A DNA stretch of 64,000 nucleotides from Eledone cirrhosa (lineage: Eukaryota), in NCBI GenBank assembly GCA_964016885.1, contig OZ024748.1, forward strand, positions 40,238,001 through 40,302,000, in the 5' to 3' direction. Shown piece after piece: positions 13,011-26,263 of this stretch. A model generated the notes under the pieces. It was not told the origin of the DNA. It worked only from the letters and a program-made list of their open reading frames with translations, and did no database searches. The translations under genes were made by a program, and so were the position numbers. Every line of letters begins with the position of its first letter. The stretch's first letter is position 1.

Positions 13011-14347
13011 AATAAGTAATCACATGACTATCCTTGACAGACGTTTCCGTGTTATTAATGTCCCAAGTCAGGTCACATCGACTTCTTAGGGAAGTTTAGA
13101 AGGGATTTGGGGTTTTGTTATAATTATTACATTCTGAGTTCAAATCCCACCGTGGTTAGCTTTGCCTTACATCCTTACGGGATCGATAAAATAAAGTACC
13201 AGTTATGCACTGGTTAATTGCTGGCCTTGTGCCTAAAGTAGAAACAATTATTTAATTCAAAAGATTGATTAGTTGAAATGGGATAGAGCGGCGATAGAAA
13301 CTCCTTGTGGCTTTCATTCGGTGATGATCCTTGAGATTTTTAGTTCAGATACCGCCGAGGTCAACTTTACTTTTCAAACTACTGGCCTCGATAAAAGTAC
13401 TATAGTCGATTTAATTGACTATACTCCTTCAGGCGACAGATTGACAGCCATTAGAACGCCGAGTAGAATTATTTCTGATGCTTCCTGTGGCTCTCTTCTA
13501 TCTCTCTCTCAGTTCAAATCCCGTCGAGGTTAACTTTACCTTTCGTCCTTTCGAGATCGATTTAAAAAAAAAAGTACCAATCTAGTATTGGAGTTGATTC
13601 TCTCTCTCTCTCTCTGGAAGAAAGCTGCTGTGTTCAGACTTAGAGAGGGGCTCCGCCAGGCATAAAATGCCCAAGAAAAGACGTATGTCAGTGACTACGA
13701 CACCTCCACGACTCCATGACGAGTTACGTGACCATACATATTGCTTCCCCACTTATTAAGATGACGTAAGTAGATGCTTGTCGAATGGTAGATAAGGTTC
13801 GAACACAATTAGGTTTACCCCAAAAGAGAGTAATGTGACCTTCTGCTTAAATTACAAACAATTGTATTTGAGAGGTTCTTAGCAATAATTAATTGTATTT
13901 ATTATATGTGTTTATATTTTCATTCTGTAAGAATTATAAACAATTCGAAATGTTATTTATATGACTGTAAATAATGGTTTCTGGTTTAGGCACAAGGCCA
14001 GCAATTTTGGGCGAGGGGAAAGTTGATTAAATCGACCCAGTGCGTGACTGGTACTTTATTTTATTAATCATGTAAGGATGTAAGATAAAGCTAACCTCGG
14101 CGTTATTTGAACTCAATGAATAATAAAAAGTAATATTGCTAAGTGACGGGTGATGAATTTGGTGGAAGCGGTTTGTGTACAACAATGAATCTCGTTTCAA
14201 AAATCTTTTTTTATCGATCCAATTCACTGATTGATTTATTATGTATCTATAAATACGTCCTGTGTCAACTATACTATGACATTGTAGACAACTCTATATA
14301 ACTGTGAATGTAAGGTACTCTAATTCAACCTCATACATGCTCTATAC

Positions 14348-15070
14348 CAAAGGTTCTCAACGAGGGGCATATGCACCTCCGGGGGGGGGGGCGTTTCGGA
14401 ACTCCAGGGGGGCGTTTGGGAGCAAGGTCGCGTTAGGGGGGGGGGAGCTGAGGGAGGGGGTTAGGAGGGGCGCTGGAAGGCTCTTTATTTTGGTAAGTTT
14501 TATAAGCCATATTTGTTTGTCTTTGAGACAGCCAGTGTGAATGCATTTGAATGAGCTTGCAGACAGCATAACTATAGTCTGACTGCAGCTGTGCAGGCAT
14601 GTTCGGTAATTGAGATCCTAAAAATGGAAAAACCCACAGTCAACTAGGTCAAAGACACTATGAGCGCAGCCAGTTAGAATCTTATCTTTCCTTCACCGAT
14701 AACAATGTATTTCATGTCTGAAATTATTGAATCAACCGCAACGACTTAACACTATGTAGATCTATTTTATTCCCTATTGTATAAATAATATTACAAATAA
14801 AAAAAAGAAAAGAAAAAACAGAAGCGAGTATCACACGCATCTAGGACCACATACAACACATAATCAGGTAATACACTCATCTAGGACCACATACAACACA
14901 TAATCAGATAATACACACATCTTTGGAATATTGTTAATCAATTTTTTTAGTAATCTACTGATATAAAAATCAGTAGTATATTGAAAAATGGAAAAATAGG
15001 GGGGGGGGGGCGTTACGTGATTTCAAGGGACAAAAGGGGGCGTTTGGCCTAAATGGGTTGAGAACCTGTG
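14348..15070. mobile_element. hAT-type MITE with 8-bp TSD
   Basis: TIR CA(A/C)AGGTTCTCAAC; TSD CTCTATAC at 14340-14347 and 15071-15078. Confidence 0.88.
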
Positions 15071-15098
15071 CTCTATACGATAATAATTGTAGATGTTA

Positions 15099-15635
15099 CA
15101 GACCTGTTAACTCCCCCCGTCTGACGGGGACATCTCTCACCCACTTTGGGGTGGGTGAGAGATGTCTTCTCTTGTGAAAATGGGTATAGCTTTTATTCTA
15201 ATAATAATTATGAAATTATTGTGTACAGTGCTCAGGTGCACTACAACTCATCAAAGGTGCGTGTATAGTACATAAAATAATGTACAAATGTTTTTTTAAC
15301 ATCCACTTTCCCAGCTAGCAAGGGTTGGACGGGTCTACATATACCAAGTTAGTACTGAAGTGGTGGCTACTGATCTCCCAGACATGAGAAGAGGAGGAGG
15401 AGAAGATAGAGGTGGTAGGTAAGAGTCGTCGTTCCTAGCAACAACCCTCTTACAACATGCAGGGATATAATGTATCTATCCTAAATTGGATACATGCATA
15501 TTCACAATTCAAGAGAATAAAAATAAAATCTAGAATTTAGTTGTAAAATCTCCCCATTTTGCCTCATTTCTCCCGTTCTGGGGCACTTTTTTTCATAGTA
15601 CTCCCCATTTGAGTTTTTACAGGTTGGCAGGTCTA
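15099..15635. mobile_element. TIR element with 6-bp TSD (hAT-like)
   Basis: CAGACCTGTTAAC...GTTGGCAGGTCTA, flanked by ATGTTA on both sides; homologous inverted copy at 26264-26660. Confidence 0.72.
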
Positions 15636-15865
15636 ATGTTATTCCCTTGTACTATCGCTTCACAAACTTTTTATTACCCTTGTGGAACTCTTGAAATAGT
15701 TTTCATGTTTCAGGGAACCCCTACATAAAAATTATTATCACCACCAATTATTAAAATAACATTATAAATATATTTATTTTAAATACTGTATATACATAAA
15801 TAACATAATATCGCAATTCCTTCAAATATGATATCGTTGATAAACACACCATTATTACAGGTAAC

Positions 15866-15989
15866 GACGATCTGAGTTCAAATCCCGCCGAGGTTAACTT
15901 TGCCTTTCATCCTTACGGGGTCGATAAAATAAAGCACCAGTAATGCACTGAGTAATTGCTGGCCTTGTGCCAAAAGTAGAAACAATTAT
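15866..15989 (+). mobile_element. 5'-truncated family B SINE with ~18-bp TSD
   Basis: ATTATTACAGGTAACGAC at 15851-15868 and 15985-16002 flanks the SINE. Confidence 0.85.
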
Positions 15990-17140
15990 TACAGGTAACG
16001 ACAGTTTTGACTAATATAAGAGGCGGAAGCCTTTATAATCAAAATATTTCAACAATATGCCGTACATTACGAATAGAAAATTAAATAAAAATTACTCGAC
16101 GGAGCCCCTAAGGACCTTTTGTGTAAACCCTGGGGTTTCGGGGAAACACGGGTTGAGAAGTGGTTCCTATATAATAGATGTAACTTGCTGAAATTCCTTA
16201 TTAGGTAAAACAATTAGTCGTGTACAGTTATTCCCCTTTTATTTTCTGATGTCGATTGACGACCGAGTCCATTTTAGAGATTATCTTCCGTAATTCGATA
16301 AAAATGTACACGAATGTCGAGACTTCCTTCTTTCCTTCTCCAGATTTGCTTCTTTTAACCCCCCCTCCCAAAAATGGTTAACTCAAATAAAATATATTTC
16401 TATTTTTCCACTAGTTTTAGTAATCAGTTAAATATGTTTTAATAAAAATCAAAACAATCATAAACAAATCTATTTCAAATAAAAACAACACTACAGATAT
16501 TAAAAAAAAACGAAAATAAAGGGAAGGGCAAGGGTTTAGGGTCACAGGAGAATGGGGGGAGGTAGAAAGGGTGAGGGACTCTAGGTCTAGGGGTTGCACC
16601 CTGCGGACAAGACCGCTAAAGCATTTAGACTGCAACAATGCTGGGGTACCACCTTCAAATGATTTAATTGTCGATATAGATATACTTCCGTACACAGTTT
16701 TAAGTCTCATATTTCTTCTGTGTCTTTCTTTTTTTACGAAGGGTTACACAAACAGTAAATGTAAACACACAGACACATTCACACTCATGTATATATGAGT
16801 ATATCATTGTTTTATATGTATATATAATTGTCACCTACTCCAATGGCAACATGGTGTGTTTGGTTACCAGCCCAGACTCCGCTGGCCGCCAAGTCGAAAA
16901 GCGTAAACTGTCCTGTGGTTAGAAAAAGCTATCTCACTTACCGCTTTTCATAGGCGCCGCTAAATCCAATTGCTGGTTTCTCCTCTTCCACGTGCGTCCA
17001 ACTCATTAACACCGGGAGCTGCCAAAACTCGCGTCCACACCGTTCCTGGTCACCACTAGATCTGCTGGCCCTTCCGGTCGAGCACTCCCCGTCTTCCGGC
17101 CACCGCACGCCACACCATACCCCCCCCCCCCCCCCTGATC

Positions 17141-19875
17141 TCAAGCATCAATTCCCCCCTCGTCCTTCTGCATATGAAAGTCGGCTGTCCAGGTTGGTGG
17201 TTTGCGACTTCTTTGCGATCTCCGCAGTGTTGGGGCGGCACTTTGGGTTTCCTCTTCCTCGGAGTCCGTTGACACAGTGATTCTACGGACATCCAGGACA
17301 TGACGTGGTACTCCGTCCACGGACACATTGTTCTGGGAATTTACGGCCGTCACCGTTCCCCTACCCATTGAGATGTGCAACGTGCATCTAGGGGCTTAAC
17401 CCAGACTTCTTCGCCCACCTGCACGAATGCACTCTCTCTCCCCACTGGCCGTTGTGGTGGCGTGCACGGGTGCCGCCACTCGTATCTGAATACTGCTCTG
17501 TGTGGCACCGATTCCTCGACCTGTCCCACCCGAGGGGACATGTTGTACCAGAACACTGCCTCCATTGGTGAGATATAGCCCCGCTCCGCCATTGCCTTGA
17601 TCGTCCGGTGGTGTCGCTCCACAATTCCATTCCCGCTCGGCCTGTGCGCTGCTCTGAAGAAATGGTCCACCTGCCATCCATCGAGCATCTCCCTCAGCAC
17701 CTCCGAGCGGAACGCTGCGCTGTTGTCAATCAGCAGTTCGTCCACAGGGTCCCGCTCCAAGAACACCTCTCTCAACGTCCGCATGATTTCCTTGGCCGTT
17801 CCAGTCTTCATCTCCCTCCATATTGCCATCCATCCTGGTCCACAGTCGACCATCGAGAGGTACATTCCGTCGGTAGTGCATTACATCCACCGCCAATCGC
17901 GATCCACCGGGAGGCTTCCCGTTTCATGCACACCCGGGGCGGGATCAATGGACTGACATCGGACGCAGCCTCTAACTACCCTTTGAACACTGTGTCTGTT
18001 AACGTCCGAATCGATTCTCCTGGCTAGGAGCAGGCTCCTATCCACTCCCATGTGGTGCATGTCATGCAATCCTTTCAGATCCGACTCGGTCAGCCGACAC
18101 ACGGCAGCTATCTCATCTTCTACCTCCTCCGGCGTTTCCATCCAGGCTTTCTTCACCCTAGTTAAAACGTCCGCCCTATTTTTCTCTGAGGGCACGAAAA
18201 CTACGCTCAGCCTCAGGTCGAACTCGGTGGCCAGCTCTCTTAAAGTTCCCAGGCGGCGCTTTATCACCATCTCCGCCGCCCCTCTCGTTCGCACTCTTTT
18301 CTCACTGGTGAGCACTGATCTCACCCATCCGAGTACAGTAGCCGAGTCGGTGCGTATCTCGATGCTGCGCAGTCCCCACCTCAGGGCGAGGTTCACGCCT
18401 TTCAACACTGCGTCCAGTTCGGCCACATTGATGTGGTTGCAGTCGTCCTTCTTCCTAAGCCAGGCTGCATCCTCGACCTCAACACCTCCTATCTCCAACG
18501 TGACACCCAGCACTATGCTGCTGGCATCGCACCATACGGTCCCGCTCTGCGATTTGGGAACATACCAGCGTCCCCGCACTGGGTCGTCGGCCTTCACCCT
18601 CCCCACGATCTCCTGCATCATGGTCACTGTCCTCTCTCCCACTCTGTCACTCCAAGTCACCCCTCCCGCTCGTCTCTTGACATAGCTGCATGCCGTCCGG
18701 AGTCACCCAGCAATCGGGTAGTGACCCACCAACTTTCCACACATCAAGAAAAGCTCCCGCCTACTCATACTTGGGCCCAGTTCTGGAATTTCATTTCCCC
18801 TCTGGAATACTAAGATGCCCATCCTGTCTCGCCGTAGCCTAAGTCCCAGCGAGCCTCCTCCCTCCAACGCTTCTGACGGCTTCGCAGCCACTCCATACCC
18901 CTGTAAATGGCTCGTGACCTCCGCCGCCGATATCACAGACTCGTCCACTAGGATGTCGTCAATGTAGGAGTTAGTGGCCCTCTTCATCTTGTCGGCCTTT
19001 CCCAGAATGGTCTTGAGGACCGCCGCCATGATCTTCGGTGCGGAGCTCAGCCCGAAACCGAGCCTGGTCAGGCAATATGTCCAGCCCTTATACCTGACCA
19101 GCTGATACTGCCAGAGCTTCTCATCTATATGCAATTGCAAGTATGCCAACTTTAGATTGCTGAACCCTCCGTCATGCATCTCCACTCACGCAGGGTTTCC
19201 CCACAGACATCCGTGACCTCGCCACCCGTGTGGCATGACACGTGCTCGTTCAGCTCCCGAAAGTCCAGCACCGGCCTCACCTTGTTCTTCATGGGTTGCG
19301 CCACCGCCATTAACGGCAATACTCCGCACTTCACCTCCTCTTTCCAGGGAAGCAGTATGCCCTCCTCAATCCATCTCTCTACCTCTCGCTCCTAATGTTT
19401 CCCTTCAACGTGTGTTGATAGCAGTGTTGGTGGTTCTCCCTTCTAGTACCACTCAACAACCCATCGCTGCCCATCGAACACGGCCTAGAAGTCTTTGTCT
19501 TGCACAGTGTAAGCGGGGTATTTCTCCTCGTGGGCCTTCTGGTTCTCCTGTCGCGTACTCACAGCGCATACCGATGCAGCTCCGCCAAACGACACACCGA
19601 CGTTGTTCACTGACGCCTCCTAGACGGCGAATTGCGTCTATGCAAATAACCACGCCGATCCCATCCACCACGTTGTCAACTACGATGGCAGAAAGCCTTA
19701 TTTTCCTTCCCCGTACCGCTATCTCCACTTCGCTGCGACCTCGGCATTCAATTTTCCTGCCGTCGACTACCCTTATGCTGCTCTTCCCTCTCCACCTCTG
19801 CGCCACCAGTGTCGTCGTACAGCCCGTGTCCACGAGGGCTCGCTGTGGCTTTCCCCTCACTAAGACTTCCACCAC
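17141..19875 (-). pseudogene. pol: Gypsy pol (protease, RT, RNase H, integrase), fragmented
   Basis: ALVDTGC (PR), RPVLDFRELN and YIDD (RT), WCDAS...NVAEL...TDS (RH), H..HH..C..C and IDN...GNGIVER (IN), spread over several frames. Confidence 0.9.
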
Positions 19876-19886
19876 GGGCAGCGCCT

Positions 19887-20650
19887 CTACTCGTAAGGGG
19901 CAACTACCGGCACAGTAGTTACCCTTGGATCGTTTCCCTGGTCGCAGTTAGTAGCGATGTGGCCTGGTCGCTTACACCAGTAGCATATTATTTCCGGCCT
20001 TGACTCTCTACAGTCTCTAGCCATGTGCGGGCCCTGGCACCTAAAACAGCGACGTCTAAACGTTCGCGGGCGACCGCGTGTCGTGGTTGCCTCCCTTTCA
20101 CCATTTCGCTGCCAGCTGTCTTGAGCCACTGTATGTGCTATCGCCGCAACACTCTGCTTGGCATCTTCTGCTATGATCCAGGCTTGTTCCACCAGTGAAC
20201 TCATTTCCATTTCTTTGTAACCCGGGACTTGCTGCAGTTTCACCGCTATGTCACCTGGGAATCCATTTATGAACGCCAACCGCACCGTGCGTTCGCATTC
20301 CACCTGATATCCAGCCAACATGGCCAATCGCCGTATTTACGCTGCGAAAATGTCCACGCATTCACCGTTCCATCTAATTCTTGCCAGCTTAGCAAAAGCG
20401 GCTAACGAACCCTCTGCGAACGCTTCCATCATGCACCTCTCAATCTTTTGCGCATCTCTTTGGCTGTGTTCATCCAACTCAAGGAAGAGTACCAACGCCC
20501 CCCCCCCCCCTCGAGGTACAGTGCCATGAGGCCAGCCACATCTATCTTCTGTAAGCTTGCGACCAGCCGGACTTTTCGCAGCCAAGTGACAACATCACCT
20601 TCACCGGTAAATGCCCTAATCGCTTCGCTCGTTCGTTGTCTCGTCGCCAT
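19887..20650 (-). pseudogene. gag: Gypsy gag with two zinc knuckles, frameshifted
   Basis: CFRCQGPHMARDC and CYWCKRPGHIATNC; one frameshift at the poly-C run near 20500. Confidence 0.85.
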
Positions 20651-21034
20651 ATCCTAATTTGTCTTGCGGTATGTGATAAAAAACAAACAACAGACTCCTC
20701 TCTGTTTTTCCAGTAGTTTTTTTTTTTTTTCAATCAGATCTCAGTTTCCAGTGCCAAAATAGCTTGTGGTTAGCAAAAGCTATCTCACTTACTGCTTTTC
20801 ATAGGCCCCGCTAAATCCCATTGCTGATTTCTCCTCTTCCACGTGCGTCCAACTCATTAACACCGAGAGCTGCCAAAACTCGCGTCCACACCGTTCCTGG
20901 TCACCACTAGAGGGAGGCCGATCTGCTGGCCCTTCCGGTCGAGCACCCTTCCAGCCAAGCACCCTTCCGGTCAAGCACTCTTCCGGTCGAGCACTCCCCA
21001 GCTTCCGGCCACCGCACGCCACACCATACCCACA

Positions 21035-21400
21035 TGTCCAAGTATCGTCCACTCTCTGTTAGGTTTGTGGTAGAGCATGCCTACTCACTGCTATCAGAGC
21101 TGAGTTGGCTGCCCGCTGCAGGTACGAGCCTGTAGCAGTGGAGACTTCCGGCATTCTTGGCCCACCTCAGACCACATCCCTACTCACTGCTATCAGAGCC
21201 GAGTTGGCTGCCCGCTGCAGGTACAAGCCTGTAGCAGTGGAGACTTCCGGCGTTCTTGGCCCACCTCAGACCACATCCCTACTCACTGCTATCGGAGCCG
21301 AGTTGGCCTCCCTCCGCAGGTGCGAGCCCCACGAAGTGGAGTGTCTGTTTCAGTGCGTCTCCCTTACCCTCCCCTAGGGGAATATATTCTCCATCATGTG
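21035..21400 (+). pseudogene. C-terminal restriction-like endonuclease fragment of a CRE-like non-LTR element (its 5' part lies at ~16835-16913), with a 99-bp internal duplication
   Basis: Reading across the Gypsy TSD gives EKRKLSKYRPL, then PVAVETSG(I/V)LGP...IGAELA...EPHEVECLFQCVSL. CCTACTCACTGCTATC recurs at 21080, 21179 and 21278. Confidence 0.6.
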
Positions 21401-21639
21401 AGGCGAGACCAAGAGGTGGAGGGTAAGATAGTTGGAGATGGAGAATACTCGTTCGGATGTCACTTCATAAATGTATTGAATATATACTATATCACCTTGA
21501 CCACCTTGACCGACCAGTCTGTCGGGTGTCATTCGGCGCTGGTGATCACAGCACGTTGCTGTTTTAGCCATACGATGACGCCATCCCACTGGCTGGGCGG
21601 GCAGGCCGTAAGTCTAAAGTCTGTCTTAAGCCAGAAGGC

Positions 21640-21897
21640 TCATTTGGTCAGTGTTTATCCCGGCTTCATGGCGTGAAGCGACTGAGAGCACAAGACTCCC
21701 CCCTGGACAGGACGCCAGTCCATCGCAGGGTTAAACCTCCAGCTATTTTTGGTACTCATTTTCAGCTGAGTAAACTGGTGCAACGTGAAATAAAGTGTCT
21801 TGCTCAAGGAAACAACACATCACCCGGTCCGAGAATTAAACTCACAACCTTTCGATTGCAAGCCGAATGCTCTAACCACTAAGCCATGCGCCTTCAC
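21640..21897 (-). mobile_element. tRNA-derived SINE sharing its head with family A but with a different body
   Basis: Minus strand GGCGCATGGCTTAGTGGTTAGAGCATTCGG...GTGAGTTTAATTC. Confidence 0.7.
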
Positions 21898-22709
21898 TAT
21901 ATACTATATATGATGTAAAAAATATATATATATATACTATATAAGATGTAAAAACAACAATATGTTTACCTAGCTTGTTAATTAAATTGTCTACATTATG
22001 TCTACCAACATTCATTCCATTTATCCAGCCTCACCAAAACACTCCCTTCTATTGCTTTATATGTTTGTTTGATATGCATGATAGTCCTGGTTAGAAAAGC
22101 ATCCTCAGAATATACCGACTAAGTTTCGTCAATCTTGCTGTTCTTCTTTCATAAAGCACATAGAAGAATCAATGCCCTCCTTACTCTTCCCTTCATTCAA
22201 GTGGCATTTGAAGTTGATAATGAGGGCTTGACCGGAGAGGGTGATTCCTGTCCTTAAACATTTTAGGCTAGCCACTCATACAGCTTACTTCGACATTGCT
22301 ACCAGACTGAGGAAGACTCCCCACACCTCCTTTCTACAAGGTGGTGGTTGAATCTTCATTATAGAAGTGGCTACGAGCTGCACATGTCCTACACACACGA
22401 CAACAGTTGTTCAACATGAGCCCACAAATCTGCGATGCTTGGACATTGAGCGATAGCATGTATGACATTCGTGGTCACGTGTAGATGTCGAGCAGGTCAG
22501 GTTTTTGGCATGTCCATGTCTGTACAGTCTCGAACTAGTAATATAAACACAAACACATCTGCACTCATAAATGACATTATTCCACCTATACCTCTGGTTT
22601 GTGTCCAACTCATGCAAGCATGGAAAAGCAGGCATAAAAATGACAATGATGATGGTGATATATATATATAATATATTAATAAATGGAAACTATATTTATA
22701 AAACATATT

Positions 22710-22775
22710 TATTTTATTATATATATTTCAAGGGCAACCAAGGCAAATTTTGGTGCGCTTTCATCAGATAAAATA
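22710..22775 (-). ncRNA. Hammerhead ribozyme, family 2, inverted copy
   Basis: Exact reverse complement of 22874-22939. Confidence 0.75.
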
Positions 22776-22873
22776 CAAAATTTGTTTTATAAATGTTGAC
22801 ATACCCGCGGAAAAACAACCTTGACAGTTGAAGGTTCTCCGCGGGTATGTCAACATTTATAAAACAAATTTTG

Positions 22874-22939
22874 TATTTTATCTGATGAAAGCGCACCAAA
22901 ATTTGCCTTGGTTGCCCTTGAAATATATATAATAAAATA
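22874..22939 (+). ncRNA. Hammerhead ribozyme, family 2
   Basis: Stem I TATTTTAT/ATAAAATA; CTGATGA at 22882-22888; stem II AAG.GCACCAA/TTGG.TGC.CTT; GAAA at 22920-22923; palindromic stem III ATATATAT; predicted cut after A22931 (AUA). Confidence 0.78.
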
Positions 22940-25087
22940 ATTATGGTTTTATAAATATAGTTTCCATTTATTAATATATTGAATAATTACTCCAGTAATC
23001 TGTTGAGTGCTTTATATCAGTTATAAAACTTTTAAGCTTGTTGAATCCAACAAATTAAATATAACTTTTGCATATATATATAGGTCGTTTAGTGCCACAA
23101 TTAAAAAAAAAATATGGTTGGTATTAGGGAGGGCACCCAGTCGTAGGAACCAAGCCGGAAACAGTTCTCTATGAGCAAGAGATGGTCATTTGATTTAACT
23201 TATCTCACAAAGGGACAACTCGTCTAACCCATGCTAGCATGGAAAAATGGACGTTAAAATGGTGAGGATGATGATGATATATATTTCAAATTTTTCTATC
23301 TAGCCCATTTCAAGTAAACTCATTTAGAAGGATCTAACGCTTTTTATGATAATATAAAATGTGTTTTCTATTCCAGTATGAAAGACTATATCTTCTCCAG
23401 GACTGGATTAATTGGGAGCTGAAGAAACAAAGACCTTGGGCCCCTGCATCAAACAGTTCTCCCCACCCTCTCCAAACAGGGCCCCTGCTACTTTTTAAGA
23501 ATATAATTTAATCTTTTATAGAGTATGCTTTATCATCTAATATCGCTTTTGTACAAATTTATCAAAATTTCTCTAGGGTTAGGGTTGGGTTATCTCTACT
23601 TTAGGAACAGCAGTTGATGAAAGTAGGCATATGATGTGTATGTATAGATATATCACTGGTTATGCATGATGTGTATATATATTTATTGTGTGTATATGTG
23701 AGTACACAATAACCATTCCTCTATCTCCATGATTTGACCTCATGACCTGGTAGTGGACTGATGTATTTGAAATTCAAAGCAATGTGAAACCTTATCCTCT
23801 CTCTCTCTCTCTATCTATCTCTCTCTCATCCCTTTTTTCTGAGGGTAATGTCACAATGTTTTCTTGCTACTAACATGTAAATAAATTATTTACCTGTTAT
23901 GAAGATTTGACAGAATATATCTTTAAAACATAAGTGTATTTTAATTCTCTGTTTCTCCTCCTTCTACTTCCTCTTCCTGGGAGGGTTGTGGGGCAGAATC
24001 CTCAAGTATGCCTTCCAATGGGTCCCTGTCAGAAACAACTGTCTCCAATATACCCTACTGGATCCCCGGGACCAACCGAGTTCATGGATGTTATCCAATT
24101 ATCTTGCTCATGGTCTGCCCATGTTAAATTTTTAAAATCTAACCTTTCCAGTGACATATAGTTTGATACCAAACTACCTGAAACTGGTTCTACAAACCAC
24201 CTGAAACTCGTTCTACAAACTACCTGAAACTCGTTCTACAAACCATCTGAAACTGTTCTACAGTATTTAAATTTATCTAAAAACTTTCCATCATAATTTT
24301 ATGAAAAATTTTTTTATCATATTGTGTTCAAAACACCAGCTTAATAATGAGAAAGTCAGTTTTTTTGCAATTAAATTTTGTATGTATAAATTGTCAATTA
24401 CAATTCATGCAGTAAATGGACTTTGATATGTAAATTTGGTAATTTGCTGTGTTTTAATTTTTGTCTATGAGGGACCTATACAGAAAAATTAGAAGTTCTG
24501 GGAAGTGAGTGATGTGTTAATGAAGAGAGGAGTGTCATTGAAACTAAAAGTGTAGGCTGTGTGTGAGAAATGCTGCAATTTATGGGAGTGAGACATGGGT
24601 GATGTATGTTTATCACCCAGAATGTGGAGGAACCGAGAAGAATGTTAAGTGCTGTGTAGGGGTTGTGGTGGTGACATGACAAAAAGCACGCAGTCCACAC
24701 TGTAAAGTGGTTGTGTAGGTATCATGATAAAAAGCACCCAGCACACACTACAAATGTGGTTGGTTTTAGGAAGGGCATCCAGCAATAGAATCCAAGCCCA
24801 AATCAATTCTGTGTGAGCAAATCACGATCCTCCAGCCTGGGTCTCACAATGGGTAGCCTCTCCTACCCATGCTAGCATGGAAAATGGACGTTAAACGATG
24901 ATGATTTTAATTTAAATTAAACTACGTCTGTTTGATTTAAGGGATAAATTTCTGACATTTGTCTTTCTTAGCAGGAATCTACTTTTGGCTCCAAAATATT
25001 AGATGGGTGGGGTGGACAAGTGCTTAAATTCTTTTCAGCAGTAGGGTTGGAATAAACAGGGTGGTTGGCAAATTGGTAATTGTATAG

Positions 25088-25426
25088 CATCATCATCATC
25101 ATCATTTTACGTCCGCTTTTCCCTGCTTGCAAGGGTGGGACGGGAACTGATTCTGGCTTGATTTCTACAGCTGGATGCCCTTCGTAACACCAACCTCATT
25201 TACAGTGAGTGCTGGGTGCTTTTTTGCCGTGGCACCTCCACGACCACTTGGCAGTGGAATGATACGGACCCCAGTCCCTATCATCTCATTTCTATTTCTA
25301 CAGCTGAGTAAACTGGAGCAATGTGAAATAAGGTGTCTTGCTCAAGGAAACAACACATCACCCAGTCTGAGAATTGAACTCACAACCTTTCAATTGCAAG
25401 GCCAGTGCTCTAACCACTAAGCCATG
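25088..25426 (-). mobile_element. tRNA-derived SINE, family A, with (GAT)n tail
   Basis: Near-identical reverse complement of 5122-5413; (CAT)n at the left end. Confidence 0.85.
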
Positions 25427-25774
25427 AGTATACGTTCGTAAATATGGAATTTCTTGTAATGTTCTTTTTTTGTCATATATAATGGGGTTTTTTAATGTAA
25501 AATAAAATAATTATTAGATTCTGCAGCTGGTGTATTGATATGAATCACTTACAATAAAATTTTTGCCAGAGATAAATTAGCAAAATTTAATAAGTGGAGG
25601 GGTTGGAAAAAATCTGAAAAATTAATAAGCAGAGTGGAGGGTGATTATTCAAGACCCAGGAGTATTGTAAATAATCATTTTCAATTATAAATAAAATCTG
25701 GAGTTTAATTTATAATCCTAATTGATTTTTAATCTGACTTTCAATCTCTTCTCAATTTAATGGTCCAAAAAATA

Positions 25775-26107
25775 CAAAGGTTAGCTGAAAAGTTCATAAG
25801 CTGACTCTCATGGAATGACCAAATGAGGTTTATTTTTCAACATAGACCCTGGAAAGAAACAATGTAGTTATTAATAAAAAGAGTTGAAATTAATGCATGC
25901 AAGATTTCACAGCTCTAGCATCACTCCTTCATAGGCTGACCAAGATAGTCTCCACGGAATGGCTGAATGAGGTTTATTTTTTCAACATACTCACTAGAAA
26001 GAATCAATGCAGTTATTAATAAGAAGAGTTGAAATTAATATAAACAAGATTTCACAGCTCTAGCATCACTCCATCATCAGCCTATTAACTTTTCATCTGA
26101 CACTTGT
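25775..26107. mobile_element. Probable mariner-type MITE with internal duplication
   Basis: TA|CAAAGGTTAGCTGAAAAGTT ... AACTTTTCATCTGACACTTG|TA imperfect TIRs; ~145-bp internal direct repeat. Confidence 0.5.
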
Positions 26108-26263
26108 AGTTTCCTATTCTTTAAGTACAAGCTATTAATTTAATATATCAGAACAGTAGAATTACTGGTAGTGAAATATGGATAGTAACTGGAGAGGGCA
26201 TGGCTGGAGAGAAATAAGCAACTGCATTGTGTGTGATGCTCCATGGTAGTGAAACATGGACAG

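Larger units (their letters stand above)
16914..21034 (-). mobile_element. Compact Gypsy/Ty3 LTR retrotransposon, decayed
   Basis: LTRs at 16914-~17123 and 20765-21034 (TG...CA); 5-bp TSD TGTCC (16909-16913, 21035-21039); G-rich PPT at ~17120-17135; domain order gag-PR-RT-RH-IN. Confidence 0.93.
22672..23072. mobile_element. Fold-back, PLE pseudo-LTR-like element with hammerheads in both arms (related copies at 31791-32158 and 44552-44935)
   Basis: ~140-bp inverted arms centred near 22825; left and right termini shared among the three copies; flanked by (TA)n. Confidence 0.75.

Noticed and set aside
17375-19918. Plus-strand ORFs over the Gypsy element and minus-strand ORFs over the LINEs
   Set aside because: Antisense shadows of GC-richer TE coding sequence.
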